NCBI GenBank assembly: GCA_030527185.1
Contig: JAUNBF010000004.1
Coordinates: 30,347 to 94,346 of the forward strand
DNA: 64,000 nucleotides
Direction of reading: 5' to 3'
DNA from: Planctomycetia bacterium
GTDB lineage: Bacteria > Planctomycetota > Planctomycetia > Pirellulales > Thermoguttaceae
Made by a program: the position numbers and the translations under genes. This document shows, one piece after another, positions 53,839 to 63,908 of this stretch (the first letter of the stretch is position 1; each line of letters starts with the position of its first letter). The notes under the pieces are model-generated. The model was not told the origin of the DNA. It did not search any database and saw only the letters and a program-made list of their open reading frames with translations.

Positions 53839-55135
53839 TTCGCAGCTCCCTTCTCTTGATATTGGCCTGAACCACAAAGTAATCGATGGTTGGGGCACAA
53901 ACGTTTCCTAACAGAATCGCCAGCATGACCCCTTCAGGATAGGCCGGATTGACCGCTCGTACCAGAAGAATCACCACGCCGATGAGAAATCCGTAAATAT
54001 ACTGCCCCAGATACGTCATGGAGCCAGTAACCGGATCGGTCGCCATGAAAATCATCCCAAACGCCAGCCCTCCCAACACAAAGTGCCAGTGTGGGAAAAC
54101 GCCGTAAACGGGCGACGTGACCATTCCCGTGGCGTACATGAAGTAGAACACGAACGCCATTCCCATCGAACCGACCAGCAAACTGCTCATGATTCGCCAC
54201 GACGCAATGCCGGTATAGACCAGCAATACCGCCCCAATCAGACAGGCCAGTGCCGAGGTTTCCCCCATCGAGCCGGGAATGAAGCCAAAGAAAGAGTTGA
54301 ACCAGTATTGCATTTCCGTCAGGTGCTGTTGATACGCCAACTGCCGAATCCCTTCCATACCGTCCGTCAGCGCCAGACCCAACGGCGTCGCGGCAGTAAC
54401 ACCATCCACCGCCACCCAAATCGTGTCGCCGGAAATCTGTTGCGGGAACGTGAAAAAGAGAAACGCTCGCGCTGCCAACGCCGGATTGAGGAAATTGCGT
54501 CCCGTTCCACCAAAGAGTTCTTTCGCAACCACCACACCAAACGTAATCGCAATGGCAACCTGCCAGAGCGGAATCGTGGCGGGAAGCGTCAGGGGAAACA
54601 GAAGCGAAGTCACAAAGAAACCTTCGTTGATTTCATGCCCGCGAACCGACGCGAAAAGCAACTCCCAGAGAATCCCCACCACAAACGTCACAATATAAAT
54701 CGGCAGAAAAAATAACGCTCCATACACGAAACAGGCCAGCCAATTCTGCGGGTCGGTGGTCAGCGCCAACGCTCCCCAACCTTCCGTCAACGTTACCAAC
54801 TGCTGCATGAACCAACTCTGCCAGACAAACGAAAACCATCCGCCGCACGTTTCCGGCAGGGCGGTCGCCAGTTTCGCACCACTTTGCTCCATCAGCAAAA
54901 AGGCCTGATAACCGGTATTGTACATTGCCATCAGCACGCACGGGAGCAGGGCAATCATGACCGTCGTCATCGTCCGCTTCAAACAGAGCGAATCCCGAAC
55001 GTGAACACTTCCCGAAGCGACCTGTTTTGGCGTATATAAAAAGGTGTCGATCGCGTCGTAGGCCGGATAGAGAGGATGAAGCAACTTCCCCTTCTCGAAC
55101 CACGGAGCGATTTTATCCATGAGTGAACGCAACAT
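53831..55135 (-). CDS. nqrB: Na+-NQR subunit B
   Basis: The track start at 55156 is TTG. SD AGGAGG before ATG 55135. GGTGRNFLNPALAARAFLFF block and SGAT-type FMN site region. Confidence 0.9.
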   Translation of the reverse strand: MLRSLMDKIAPWFEKGKLLHPLYPAYDAIDTFLYTPKQVASGSVHVRDSLCLKRTMTTVMIALLPCVLMAMYNTGYQAFLLMEQSGAKLATALPETCGGWFSFVWQSWFMQQLVTLTEGWGALALTTDPQNWLACFVYGALFFLPIYIVTFVVGILWELLFASVRGHEINEGFFVTSLLFPLTLPATIPLWQVAIAITFGVVVAKELFGGTGRNFLNPALAARAFLFFTFPQQISGDTIWVAVDGVTAATPLGLALTDGMEGIRQLAYQQHLTEMQYWFNSFFGFIPGSMGETSALACLIGAVLLVYTGIASWRIMSSLLVGSMGMAFVFYFMYATGMVTSPVYGVFPHWHFVLGGLAFGMIFMATDPVTGSMTYLGQYIYGFLIGVVILLVRAVNPAYPEGVMLAILLGNVCAPTIDYFVVQANIKRRELRNV

Positions 55136-55139
55136 AAAA

Positions 55140-56498
55140 TCAACCCTCCTTTTCAATCGTGGTCAGAACCTCCCGAAGCATGGCTCCGAAATCGTTCTTG
55201 CCGGGGTCCACAAACGTACACAGTGCCAAATCCTCTTCCTCCAACTCCAACGCACCCAGCGATTCCGCCTCCTCCAAATCCTTGTACGCCAGCGAACGGA
55301 GCAGGTACGTCGGAAGAATATCCAACGGCATCATCTCCTCGAAACTCCCAATCGGAACGATCGCGCGGTGGCCGCCGTGCAGATTCGTGGACATCTGGAA
55401 TTTCTTGAAAGGAATCAGACGTGACGCATTGACCCACTTGAAGGCAAATTTCGTAAATCCAGGCAAGAGCCATCCAAAGAGATACCGTTTATCCCCCTCT
55501 TCCAGCACGGAAATCTGGTGGTGATAACGTCCCAAATATCCCAGCGCGTTGTCGGCTGTTCGACCATTGAGTACGGAACCGGAGACGATTCGATTGTCCT
55601 CTTTTTCCAACTCCTCCTTCGTCAGGCAACGTACGCACGCTCCCAGCCGCGTCTGGAGCAGCCGTGGCTTCTTCACGCGTGGCCCGGCGAGCGAAATCAC
55701 CCGTGTCGTGTCCAAATTTCCCGTCAAAAAGAGCTTTCCAATGGCGATAACATCCTGATAATGGATGTACCACGCGGTATGTTTTCGACTGGCCGGGGCG
55801 AGGAAGTGGATGTGCGTTCCCGGAAGTCCGGCAGGGTGCGGGCCTTTGAAGGAAACCTCTTCCAAAGAGGCGATTCCCAACTCTTCCCCAGGAATCGTCT
55901 CCGCTCCACTGGCTCGGCAGACGTACATCTTTTCCGCTCCGATTCGGGAGAGGACTTTCAATCCGGCAGCAAACGCTTCCCGGAACATGGAAATGACCAC
56001 TTCCGCGTCGGCTGCCAGGGGATTCGTGTCCATGGCGGTCACCAATAACGCTCGCGGCGTGGAGTCAATGGTGGGAATTTTTCCAAACGGGCGGGTTCGC
56101 AGAGCAGTCCAGAGACCGCTCTCGACAAGATTTTCCACCACTTGTTCGCGTGAAAGAGTTTCCAGGGCACGTTCTTCATACTTCTGGAATGCGATGGCCT
56201 CGTCCCCCTCCAGCTTGATGACAAGCGACAAAAACGCCCGCCGTTCGCCTCGGTTGATCGATTCCACCGTCCCGCAGCCGGGTGAGGTGAATTTCACGCC
56301 GGGATTCTTCATGTCCGTAAACAGAAGTTGTCCCGTCTTGACTTTCTCCCCAACAGCCACCGCAAACGACGGCCGCAGCCCGACATAATCAGGTCCCAAC
56401 AACGCGACTTTACGCACGGGTTTCGGTTCCTGAACTTCCTGCACCGGAACTCCGGCAATCGGAAGGTCGAGACCTTTTCTGATCGTAAATTTCTGCAT
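55140..56498 (-). CDS. nqrA: Na+-NQR subunit A
   Basis: N-terminus [18 protein letters not shown] is characteristic of NqrA. 452 aa. First gene of nqrABCDEF. Confidence 0.92.
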   Translation of the reverse strand: MQKFTIRKGLDLPIAGVPVQEVQEPKPVRKVALLGPDYVGLRPSFAVAVGEKVKTGQLLFTDMKNPGVKFTSPGCGTVESINRGERRAFLSLVIKLEGDEAIAFQKYEERALETLSREQVVENLVESGLWTALRTRPFGKIPTIDSTPRALLVTAMDTNPLAADAEVVISMFREAFAAGLKVLSRIGAEKMYVCRASGAETIPGEELGIASLEEVSFKGPHPAGLPGTHIHFLAPASRKHTAWYIHYQDVIAIGKLFLTGNLDTTRVISLAGPRVKKPRLLQTRLGACVRCLTKEELEKEDNRIVSGSVLNGRTADNALGYLGRYHHQISVLEEGDKRYLFGWLLPGFTKFAFKWVNASRLIPFKKFQMSTNLHGGHRAIVPIGSFEEMMPLDILPTYLLRSLAYKDLEEAESLGALELEEEDLALCTFVDPGKNDFGAMLREVLTTIEKEG

Positions 56499-56926
56499 GG
56501 TTCTATTTTCTTTGGGTGAAATAAAAACGAATCGTAAAGGAAGCCCGGAGACAGAAATGACCTCCTGACTCCGGCACGTTCAATAATTTACTGTTCATTC
56601 TAGCACACACCCCGATTTTTTTCGATGGGGGAGGGAGGGGTTTTTAGAAAAAATAGTAAAAATTTATCAAAATTCCAAGAGTATGCCTACCAAAACTCTT
56701 CCGTCAAAAGCGATCTGGAGACATCGGAAGTTATTTTTAACAAAATAGGGAATCCCCCTCTCTCCCTTTCTATCGATCAATCATAATCCCGCACTTCCCA
56801 AGAATGGCTTCCGTTTCCACCAGAAAAACCGCTTCTGTTTTCCCATTATTTTTTGAGTAGGCGGAGTTGTTTTATCAACCAGATACAATAGGGAGAGAGT
56901 GACCAAAAAGACCACCCTCTCCAAGA

Positions 56927-58039
56927 TTACTTTTTCAAAGCTTCCAAAAGAATATCAATCCCCTTTTCAATCACGGCATCGTCGGCTGCAAAAGAGATAC
57001 GGAAATGGGTATCGTGTCGGCTGAAAACGTTACCGGGAATCACGAGAAGCTGGTATTCCTGAATCATCCGCGTGACGAACTCCGTCGCACTGGTGGTGGG
57101 AGCTTTCGGAAAAGAGTAAAACGCACCTCCCGAACGGACGATTTCGTAGTCGTTTTTCAAGCCTTCGTAAACCAAATCCCGCTTGTGGCGATAGGCGTTC
57201 AGATACGGTGTCATATCCGTTTCCAAGGCCGCGCACGCTCCCAATTGCAAGGCACTGGGGGCACAGACGAACGTGTATTGCTGAAATTTGAGCATTTGCT
57301 GGATGATTTCCCGTGGCCCATGCGCAAAACCAATCCGCCAGCCCGGCATTCCGTAACATTTGCTGTAGCCATCCAGCACCAGCACGTCCTGATTGTACTT
57401 GGCAGGGGAGGCAAACGTTCCGTCGTAGCAGAAAAATTTGTAAATTTCGTCACTGACCAGCATGACATTCTTCTCTTTTGCCAGCAGAGCCACTTCCCGA
57501 ACCACCTCTTCCGACGCCACCATCCCGGTCGGATTGGCGGGCGAATTGAAGATAATCATCTTCGTTTTCGGTGTAATCGCATCCCGGACTTTCTGCACGT
57601 CGATCTGAAAATCGGGATACGTCGAAATATAGACTGGCTTGGCTCCCAGCATTTTGACCAACGATTCGTACATGACGAAATAAGGGTCGAACAGAATGAC
57701 CTCATCGTCTGGATCGACCATGCTCATCAGGGCAAGCAAAAGTCCACCGCTGGTGCCACTGGTGATGAACGCCTCCCGAATTCCGGCTCCGTACTGGGCA
57801 TCCACCTGCTGTTGGACTTTCTGACGCAGTTCCGCCGCACCCTGAGCCTGCGTATAACCGTTACGTCGGGAGGAAATCGCCTCAATCGCCGCCTGCCGGG
57901 CAACTTCCGGCGCGTCGAAATCGGGCTGCCCAATCGACAGATTGACCGGATGAGCCAGTTTGGCCGCCAAATCAAAAACTTTCCGAATTCCCGAAGCGTC
58001 AAAATAGTGCGTCCGCTCCGCCAACCAATGTTCGTACAT
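56927..58039 (-). CDS. Class I/II PLP-dependent aminotransferase (aspartate aminotransferase-like)
   Basis: LSIGQPDF, NSPANPTG and YSKCYGMPGWRIGF (PLP lysine) motifs. Confidence 0.85.
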   Translation of the reverse strand: MYEHWLAERTHYFDASGIRKVFDLAAKLAHPVNLSIGQPDFDAPEVARQAAIEAISSRRNGYTQAQGAAELRQKVQQQVDAQYGAGIREAFITSGTSGGLLLALMSMVDPDDEVILFDPYFVMYESLVKMLGAKPVYISTYPDFQIDVQKVRDAITPKTKMIIFNSPANPTGMVASEEVVREVALLAKEKNVMLVSDEIYKFFCYDGTFASPAKYNQDVLVLDGYSKCYGMPGWRIGFAHGPREIIQQMLKFQQYTFVCAPSALQLGACAALETDMTPYLNAYRHKRDLVYEGLKNDYEIVRSGGAFYSFPKAPTTSATEFVTRMIQEYQLLVIPGNVFSRHDTHFRISFAADDAVIEKGIDILLEALKK

Positions 58040-58082
58040 GAGAAAACCCTTTCTTATAATGAATTAATGATATTTCGGAAAC

Positions 58083-58117
58083 TCCACTCCCCACTATCCA
58101 CTATCAATTATCAATTA
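58083..58117 (-). repeat. Heptamer repeat array overlapping the 3' end and stop of the UPF0126 gene (TAATTGA x2, then TAGTGGA-type units)
   Basis: The sense strand reads AAA A TAATTGA TAATTGA TAGTGGA TAGTGGG GAGTGGA. The first units encode ..IIDN and the TGA stop. Confidence 0.85.
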
Positions 58118-58778
58118 TTTTGTCTTTCCCCATGGGAGGGATGAAAATTCTCGGCAAGCGAATGTCGCGACGAATGGCGACGATTCGTAAACCGGTCGTG
58201 AGGGTAAAGGCGGTCAGGAAGCCAATCAGTTCGTTCGCCTCGCCACCCCAGCCGAAGTAGTGAACCATCATCAGAGCCAACGCACCGATAATCACGGGAA
58301 TAACGTACAACTCGTCACTCAACGGTAACGACGGTTTGTCAATCATCACATCCCGCACCACCCCGCCGCCGCAGCCGGTCAAAACGGCCAGAATCATCAC
58401 GGCAAAGCAGTTCATCGACGGGTCCTGAACGCCCAGATTGGCCGCCACGCCGGAAAATGCTCCGAAACCGAAAGCGTCGAAATATTTGAACAGATTCAAC
58501 CGCTTCCAGAAGGAACGTGGGAAACAGTACAAAAATACCACGGAGGCCAAAATGACGTACATGTAATTGACATCGGTCAACACGCGAGCCTGATTCCCCA
58601 GAATTCCGTCCCGAATCATCCCCCCGCCGATAGCCGTGACACCTGCCAGAATCAGAATGCCGATAAAGTCGGGACGACGATCCAACGCGCGCAATCCTCC
58701 CGAAAACGCGAACGCTGCCGTTCCAATCAGGTCAAAGCTATAAATAATCCAGTAAGTATAGTCCATCCCTCCTATCAT
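58104..58778 (-). CDS. UPF0126 (YadS/TRIC-like) trimeric cation channel family membrane protein
   Basis: Two internal repeats, each with G.TAIGGGMIRD / GCGGGVVRD motifs. Seven hydrophobic segments. Confidence 0.8.
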   Translation of the reverse strand: MIGGMDYTYWIIYSFDLIGTAAFAFSGGLRALDRRPDFIGILILAGVTAIGGGMIRDGILGNQARVLTDVNYMYVILASVVFLYCFPRSFWKRLNLFKYFDAFGFGAFSGVAANLGVQDPSMNCFAVMILAVLTGCGGGVVRDVMIDKPSLPLSDELYVIPVIIGALALMMVHYFGWGGEANELIGFLTAFTLTTGLRIVAIRRDIRLPRIFIPPMGKDKIIDN

Positions 58779-58867
58779 AGCACGTTGTGAAAATTTTTCA
58801 AGTGAAGGTATGACAGAAAAGAAATTCCTGGGGACACGCTCCAGGCAAGTCGGCCATCCAGAGTCGT

Positions 58868-58905
58868 AAACGCGGCTCAGCGCAAGTCATGGCTGCGCCG
58901 CGTTT
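58868..58905 (-). terminator. Long hairpin 10 nt downstream of the PEP-CTERM gene stop
   Basis: AAACGCGGCTCAGC pairs with GCTGCGCCGCGTTT (14-bp stem, one mismatch, 10-nt loop). T-rich on the plus side, TTT on the minus side. Confidence 0.5.
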
Positions 58906-58914
58906 CTTTTCCGC

Positions 58915-60309
58915 TCACGCGGTTCGTGGCCGTCGCACTCGAAACACTGCGAGGAATCCCATAATAAGAAGACACCAGGTGGATGGTTCCGGGAGTTCGT
59001 TTTCTTTTCCGATAACGAATCGACCTTCCGTACTTACTACCTGAAAACCGTTCGGAAGGCTCAGATTTCCCAGAATTTCCAGATTCTCCGCAGTGAAAAT
59101 CTCGAATTGGGAGCCATATGCGGAACTCCACGGCTGTACGAAGGAAACTTGCAGCGTCCCGTCAATATTTACCTCGTCAAAGTGGATTACGTCGGGATTC
59201 TCAAAGTCATAGAGAATATCCAGCCAGCCATCGGAAGTGGTGTTCAACTCACCACCGGTAGTATCGAAAAAATCAATCGTCTGCCGGGCACCGACATTCA
59301 ACACACCGTTCGTAAGCAGTGTTAGCTGGTCGAACGCGTCGCCAGGATTCGTGGCGTTGATATTCAACGTGCCATAAGCGCGAACCTGCGTCGCCGTGGT
59401 ACTGTCGATGGAACCACCCTCAAAATTCACGACGGCAGGATACTCCGCGGTTGCCGCGTTACCTCCGACAAGGAGTGCGTCCAGCGTCACTGCCGTTCCA
59501 GAAAAATTCGTCGTCCCGGAATATGCCGCCACTTTTTGGGTCGTCGTAAGATTACCGCCGTTGAGGTTCACTTCGCCATTTCCGACGCGGAGGTGATCAT
59601 TCATGGAGACCACCCCACTGGTGAGTGTGAAAGTTCCTTTTCCCGTGGTACGTTTGTTGGAGTTATCGCAACCGACATAAATGGCACCGGAATTCAACGT
59701 GCCGTTGTCGATGAAGACATACCCATCACCGGAAAGACTGGCAACCCGAACCGCGTTGGTCACGAAAACCGCTCCGCCCTGGCTGATATTCAATGTGCCG
59801 GAAATACCGGAGTGGGTGAGATTACTGCCGAGCCTCAAACCGTCGTTGCCCTGGATTGTCAGGACGGAGTTGGTGCCTGTGACCGTCAGGGTACCTTTTC
59901 CACCCGAGGCATATCCTACGTCTGCCTTGCCAGCAACCGTTACGGCAGAGCCATTTTGAATCGTAAGCGTCCCATTACCATACATTCCAATCCAGAATGA
60001 GGAGTCCGCGTTTATTGTGGCGGCATCCACGACGACCTGGCTGGTATTCTTGTTGTAACGGCCAACCCCAAGGCCTTTGAGGGTAAATATGCCATTGCGG
60101 ATGGTGTGCGTGGAGGTTGTACTTCCCCCCGTGTCCACTTCTTCACCCTGCAACCAGATTTGAGTATTGGTACCGGGTGTGTACGTACTTGTCGTGTTCC
60201 AGGTTCCTCCGGTACTCTCCTCGCCATTTTTTAAATAATGGTGTGTCTGCCCATGAGCTGAAAATGCCAGAAAAAGCATGGTCGCAAAAATTGCCATTCG
60301 TTTGTTCAT
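58915..60309 (-). CDS. PEP-CTERM sorting-domain surface protein with autotransporter-like beta-strand repeats
   Basis: Signal peptide MNKRMAIFATMLFLAFSAHG. Repeated G.LT..G / GTL.I units. C-terminus LPEPSTWCLLIMGFLAVFRVRRPR. Confidence 0.85.
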   Translation of the reverse strand: MNKRMAIFATMLFLAFSAHGQTHHYLKNGEESTGGTWNTTSTYTPGTNTQIWLQGEEVDTGGSTTSTHTIRNGIFTLKGLGVGRYNKNTSQVVVDAATINADSSFWIGMYGNGTLTIQNGSAVTVAGKADVGYASGGKGTLTVTGTNSVLTIQGNDGLRLGSNLTHSGISGTLNISQGGAVFVTNAVRVASLSGDGYVFIDNGTLNSGAIYVGCDNSNKRTTGKGTFTLTSGVVSMNDHLRVGNGEVNLNGGNLTTTQKVAAYSGTTNFSGTAVTLDALLVGGNAATAEYPAVVNFEGGSIDSTTATQVRAYGTLNINATNPGDAFDQLTLLTNGVLNVGARQTIDFFDTTGGELNTTSDGWLDILYDFENPDVIHFDEVNIDGTLQVSFVQPWSSAYGSQFEIFTAENLEILGNLSLPNGFQVVSTEGRFVIGKENELPEPSTWCLLIMGFLAVFRVRRPRTA

Positions 60310-60341
60310 CGTTTTCCTTTCTATTTTTTATTTTCTGTCTG

Positions 60342-61292
60342 TTAGGGAGAAAGAGTTGCGACTTGTCCATCGTTCCGACTTCCCAAGTAGCGATAAACCG
60401 TTTCCCAATCAATGTCATACGCGACGCGTCGCACTGAACCATCGCATAAGGCCATGCCAAACGATCCGGCATGACAACTTCCAAAATTACGATAAACGTA
60501 AAGCCCCGAACGATCCTGACGCGGCTGATACAGTTCCCGATTGTCCCCTGATTGAATCGTATAAGTGAAACGATGCACGTCCGTATCGAATCCCTGAAAC
60601 GCGCTCTGATTATCACAAGCGTCGGTGCCCGTTTCGTAATTCTCTGGCATGAGGTACTTCTCACCAAGTAAAAAAGTATTGGAAGTACCGTCTCGAATTT
60701 CACCGATGGAAACCTGGCTGCGGGAATAGATTACCCCGTCAAAATCCGAATCCTGAAATTGCCATAAAGAACTGTGAGAATCGGAATACTTCGCCAAATC
60801 ACCCGCAGAAGAGGGTTTGTCGACCGCCAAACGTCCCAGAGAACCACTGTTGGCCGCGTAATCCGTTTTCAGACAACCTTCTTTGGAAATATCGTCGCAG
60901 TTGACGTATTTACAGACATGGGAATAGCTTTTCACCGCACGACGGGAAGGGCATATCAGGAAAGACAACACTTCCTTTTCCCGGTGGGCGGCCCCCGTCT
61001 TTTGTTCTGGAGTCACCGTATCGGGCTGACCGTCCGCACCGAGCTGATACAACGCTCCCTGTTCCATGTACGGGAGAATTCCATAAATCCATCCGCCGGT
61101 CTGTTTTTTCCCCTGTCCCCGATCGGGATCGCCCGTCCAATAATAATTCCATCCGCCACTGGGAAAGGCACGACACGAAGATTCGCAATTCAGACAGGCT
61201 ATCGCCATTTGACGTAAGTTGTTTTGGCACCGCATGTTCCGTGCCGCTTCACGTGCCTGTTGTACTGCCGGAAGAAGAAGTCCGACAAGCAT
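60342..61292 (-). CDS. DUF1559 / H-X9-DG protein; N-terminal prepilin motif and true start (ATG 61405) separated by a frameshift at a G11 tract
   Basis: The track ORF begins at an internal Met of ..[27 protein letters not shown]. The in-frame upstream extension encodes [15 protein letters not shown] but has no start codon. C-terminal HAGSFGMALCDG (H-X9-DG). Confidence 0.8.
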   Translation of the reverse strand: MLVGLLLPAVQQAREAARNMRCQNNLRQMAIACLNCESSCRAFPSGGWNYYWTGDPDRGQGKKQTGGWIYGILPYMEQGALYQLGADGQPDTVTPEQKTGAAHREKEVLSFLICPSRRAVKSYSHVCKYVNCDDISKEGCLKTDYAANSGSLGRLAVDKPSSAGDLAKYSDSHSSLWQFQDSDFDGVIYSRSQVSIGEIRDGTSNTFLLGEKYLMPENYETGTDACDNQSAFQGFDTDVHRFTYTIQSGDNRELYQPRQDRSGLYVYRNFGSCHAGSFGMALCDGSVRRVAYDIDWETVYRYLGSRNDGQVATLSP

Positions 61293-61371
61293 ACCGATAA
61301 TGGCAATGACGACCAGAAGTTCGACAAGAGTAAATCCTACGCGATTTTCGTGAAGAAAACACGCATTTTTA

Positions 61372-61382
61372 CCCCCCCCCCC
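61372..61382 (-). repeat. G11 (plus-strand C11) homopolymer tract just after ATG 61405
   Basis: Eleven consecutive C on the plus strand. The leader frame MVWKSVKLGGGVKMRVFFTKIA* stops at 61339-61337. Confidence 0.95.
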
Positions 61383-61482
61383 AACTTAACAGATTTCCAG
61401 ACCATTTTTACTCCTTTGCAAACAATGTCTATCGACGAAATTTTTTTGGTTCAAGGGAACCATTCCCCCAAACCATCATTCT

Positions 61483-61511
61483 ATCATAGTCCACATCCCC
61501 GGAAATGTCAA
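61483..61511 (-). promoter_or_regulatory. Consensus promoter TTGACA-17-TATGAT for the DUF1559/PEP-CTERM pair
   Basis: Minus strand: TTGACA (61511-61506), 17-nt spacer, TATGAT (61488-61483). SD AAGGAG (61416-61411) lies 5 nt before ATG 61405. Confidence 0.6.
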
Positions 61512-61613
61512 GTAAAAAACCTTCAATTTTATCCAGTGAATAAAATCAAAGGTTGTATTCCATGGTTGCGTCGGAAAATTGGGGAGTGGAATCAGGAGAT
61601 TTTCCCCCATGAC

Positions 61614-61641
61614 TGGACAAAAGTGAAAATCGTGATAGAAT
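61614..61641 (+). promoter_or_regulatory. Candidate promoter TGGACA-16-TAGAAT for argC-argJ
   Basis: TGGACA 61614-61619 and TAGAAT 61636-61641. ATG at 61696. Confidence 0.45.
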
Positions 61642-61695
61642 AGTAGTCTTTGTTCTGTTTGAGTTTTACGTTGCATTTTCTGGAAGGAAAAAATC

Positions 61696-62706
61696 ATGGT
61701 TCGCGTTGCTGTCATGGGAGCCACCGGTTATACGGCTCTGGAGACGATTCTTTTGCTGTTGCGTCACCCGGAAGTGGAAATTACCGCCCTGACGACCCGG
61801 TCGGAGGAGCGACCGCACGTTTCCCAGATTCATCCGCAACTGGCTGGCCGGCTCGATTTGTGTTTGGAGAATCTTTCGCTGGAGGAGATTGCACAGCGCA
61901 GCGATTGTGTTTTTTCCTGTTTGCCGCACAAAGCCTCGGCAGAGCGGATTCCGGGGCTGCTCGACGCGGGGTGCAAGGTGATTGATTTAAGTGCCGATTA
62001 TCGGTTGGACAGTCCGGCGGTGTTTGAGCAGTGGTACGGTGTGCCTCACCCCGACGCGGCACGTTTGGGGAAGGTACCCTATGGTCTGCCGGAACTGTTT
62101 CGTGAGGAGATTGTGGGAAGTCCTCTGGTGGCGAATCCGGGGTGTTATCCGACCAGTGCGATTGTGCCGCTTTCGCCGTTGTTGAAGAAGGGTTGGATCG
62201 AGCCGTTTGGGATCATCATTGATTCCAAGAGCGGTGCCAGTGGAGCGGGAAAAAGCCTGAAACCGCATTTGCTGTACTGCGAGCTGAACGAAGGTTTTTC
62301 GGCCTACGGTGTCGGCGTTCACCGGCATACCCCGGAAATTGAGCAGATTTTGGGCAAAATGGCTGGGGGACGTGTGGAGGTTATTTTTACCCCACATCTC
62401 GTGCCGATGGAGCGTGGCATTTTGACAACCACGTATTCGCTTCCGGTAAAACCACGGACGCAGGAGGAGATTCTGGAGGAGATGCGGGCGTTTTATGCGG
62501 GGGAACCGTTCATTCGGATTGTCGATAACCTGCCGAATACGCGGGATTGCCGTCACTCCAATTTCGTCAATGTCACCGCTCGGATTGTCAAGGATCGGAT
62601 CGTCACGATTTCGTGCCTCGATAACCTGATCAAGGGAGCTTCCGGCGCGGCGGTTCAGAATTTCAATCTTTTGTACGGTTTCGATGAAAAAACCGCGTTA
62701 CTATAA
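61696..62706 (+). CDS. argC: N-acetyl-gamma-glutamyl-phosphate reductase
   Basis: VAVMGATGYTALE N-terminus and active-site region ANPGCYPTSA. Confidence 0.92.
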   Translation: MVRVAVMGATGYTALETILLLLRHPEVEITALTTRSEERPHVSQIHPQLAGRLDLCLENLSLEEIAQRSDCVFSCLPHKASAERIPGLLDAGCKVIDLSADYRLDSPAVFEQWYGVPHPDAARLGKVPYGLPELFREEIVGSPLVANPGCYPTSAIVPLSPLLKKGWIEPFGIIIDSKSGASGAGKSLKPHLLYCELNEGFSAYGVGVHRHTPEIEQILGKMAGGRVEVIFTPHLVPMERGILTTTYSLPVKPRTQEEILEEMRAFYAGEPFIRIVDNLPNTRDCRHSNFVNVTARIVKDRIVTISCLDNLIKGASGAAVQNFNLLYGFDEKTALL

Positions 62707-62715
62707 GGAGTGATC

Positions 62716-63903
62716 ATGGCTCATTACATTCCTCAGGGTTTTCGGTTCGCTTCGCTTTATAGTGGAATCAAGCAGGACACGTCGAGATCGGATATGACGT
62801 TGATCGTTTCGGACGTCGACGCGGTGGGAGCCGGGGTTTATACGCAGAATCTCGTCTGTGCCGCCCCTGTCGTGTTGGATCGCAGTCGGACGCCGGGATC
62901 GCATTTCCGCTCGATTTTTGCCATTTCGGGAAACGCGAATGCCTGTACCGGAGAGCGGGGTTATCGGGATGCCGTTCGGATGGCGGAGTTGGCCGGGGAG
63001 GTTTTGGGAACTCCGGCAGAATCGACGCTTGTCCTCTCGACCGGAATCATCGGCCATTTCCTCCCGATGGAGACGATTGAAAAAGGTTGCCGGGAAATCG
63101 TTCCCCATCTGGCCAGCGACGAAACGGCTCTCGACGGCGTAGCTCGCGGCCTGATGACGACCGATACGGTGCCGAAGTGCTTTACGAAAAAAGTCCTCAT
63201 CGACGGTGTTGAAATTACGCTGGCTGGCCTGGCAAAAGGCTCTGGGATGATTGCTCCGAACATGGCGACTTTTTTGGGCGTGGTGCTGACCGACGCGAAA
63301 TTGAACCCGGCAGCCGCGCAGAAACTGCTGCAAAATGTGGCGGACAAGACGCTCAATTGCGTGACGGTGGAAGGGCATACCAGCACCAACGATACGCTCC
63401 TGATGTTGGGAAATGGCCTGTCGGGAAGTGCGGACGTGACGGAAAATCCGGCGTTCGTGGCGGCGGTGGAAGAAATTTGCGAAGCGATGGCTCGCTCCAT
63501 TGCCAGCGATGGCGAAGGGGCGTCGCACCTGGTCACGATTCACGTTCACGGCACGAAAACGGTCTCGGACGCTCGGAAAATTGCCCGGGAAATTGCGGAA
63601 AGCGCACTGGTGAAGTGTGCGTTTACCGGCAACGATCCCAACTGGGGGCGAATTGTCTCGGCGGCGGGTTACGCGGGCGTGGCGTTTGATGTTGCGCAAG
63701 TTTCGCTCGATGTCAACGGTTTCCGGTTGTTTGAAAAGGGGTCGCCTGTTGCGTTCGACGCGGCGGAAGTCTCCCGTTCCATGCGGGAAAACCGGGAAAT
63801 TACGGTCGATTTGCGCTTGGGCGAAGGGACGGAAGAGATTCGGTTCTGGACGTGCGATTTGACAACGGAATATGTTCACATCAATGCCGATTACCATACA
63901 TGA
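62716..63903 (+). CDS. argJ: Bifunctional glutamate N-acetyltransferase / amino-acid acetyltransferase
   Basis: The track start at 62710 is GTG. SD AAGGAG before ATG 62716. Autoprocessing-site region GMIAPNMATFLG. TTDT and NDPNWGRI motifs. Confidence 0.9.
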   Translation: MAHYIPQGFRFASLYSGIKQDTSRSDMTLIVSDVDAVGAGVYTQNLVCAAPVVLDRSRTPGSHFRSIFAISGNANACTGERGYRDAVRMAELAGEVLGTPAESTLVLSTGIIGHFLPMETIEKGCREIVPHLASDETALDGVARGLMTTDTVPKCFTKKVLIDGVEITLAGLAKGSGMIAPNMATFLGVVLTDAKLNPAAAQKLLQNVADKTLNCVTVEGHTSTNDTLLMLGNGLSGSADVTENPAFVAAVEEICEAMARSIASDGEGASHLVTIHVHGTKTVSDARKIAREIAESALVKCAFTGNDPNWGRIVSAAGYAGVAFDVAQVSLDVNGFRLFEKGSPVAFDAAEVSRSMRENREITVDLRLGEGTEEIRFWTCDLTTEYVHINADYHT

Positions 63904-63908
63904 TTGCC

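Noticed and set aside
56891-56925. Imperfect hairpin (GGAGAGGGTG / CACTCTCTCC) just after the aminotransferase stop, as a possible terminator
   Set aside because: The stem has a mismatch and is not followed by a U-tract on the minus strand. That is too weak to list as a feature.
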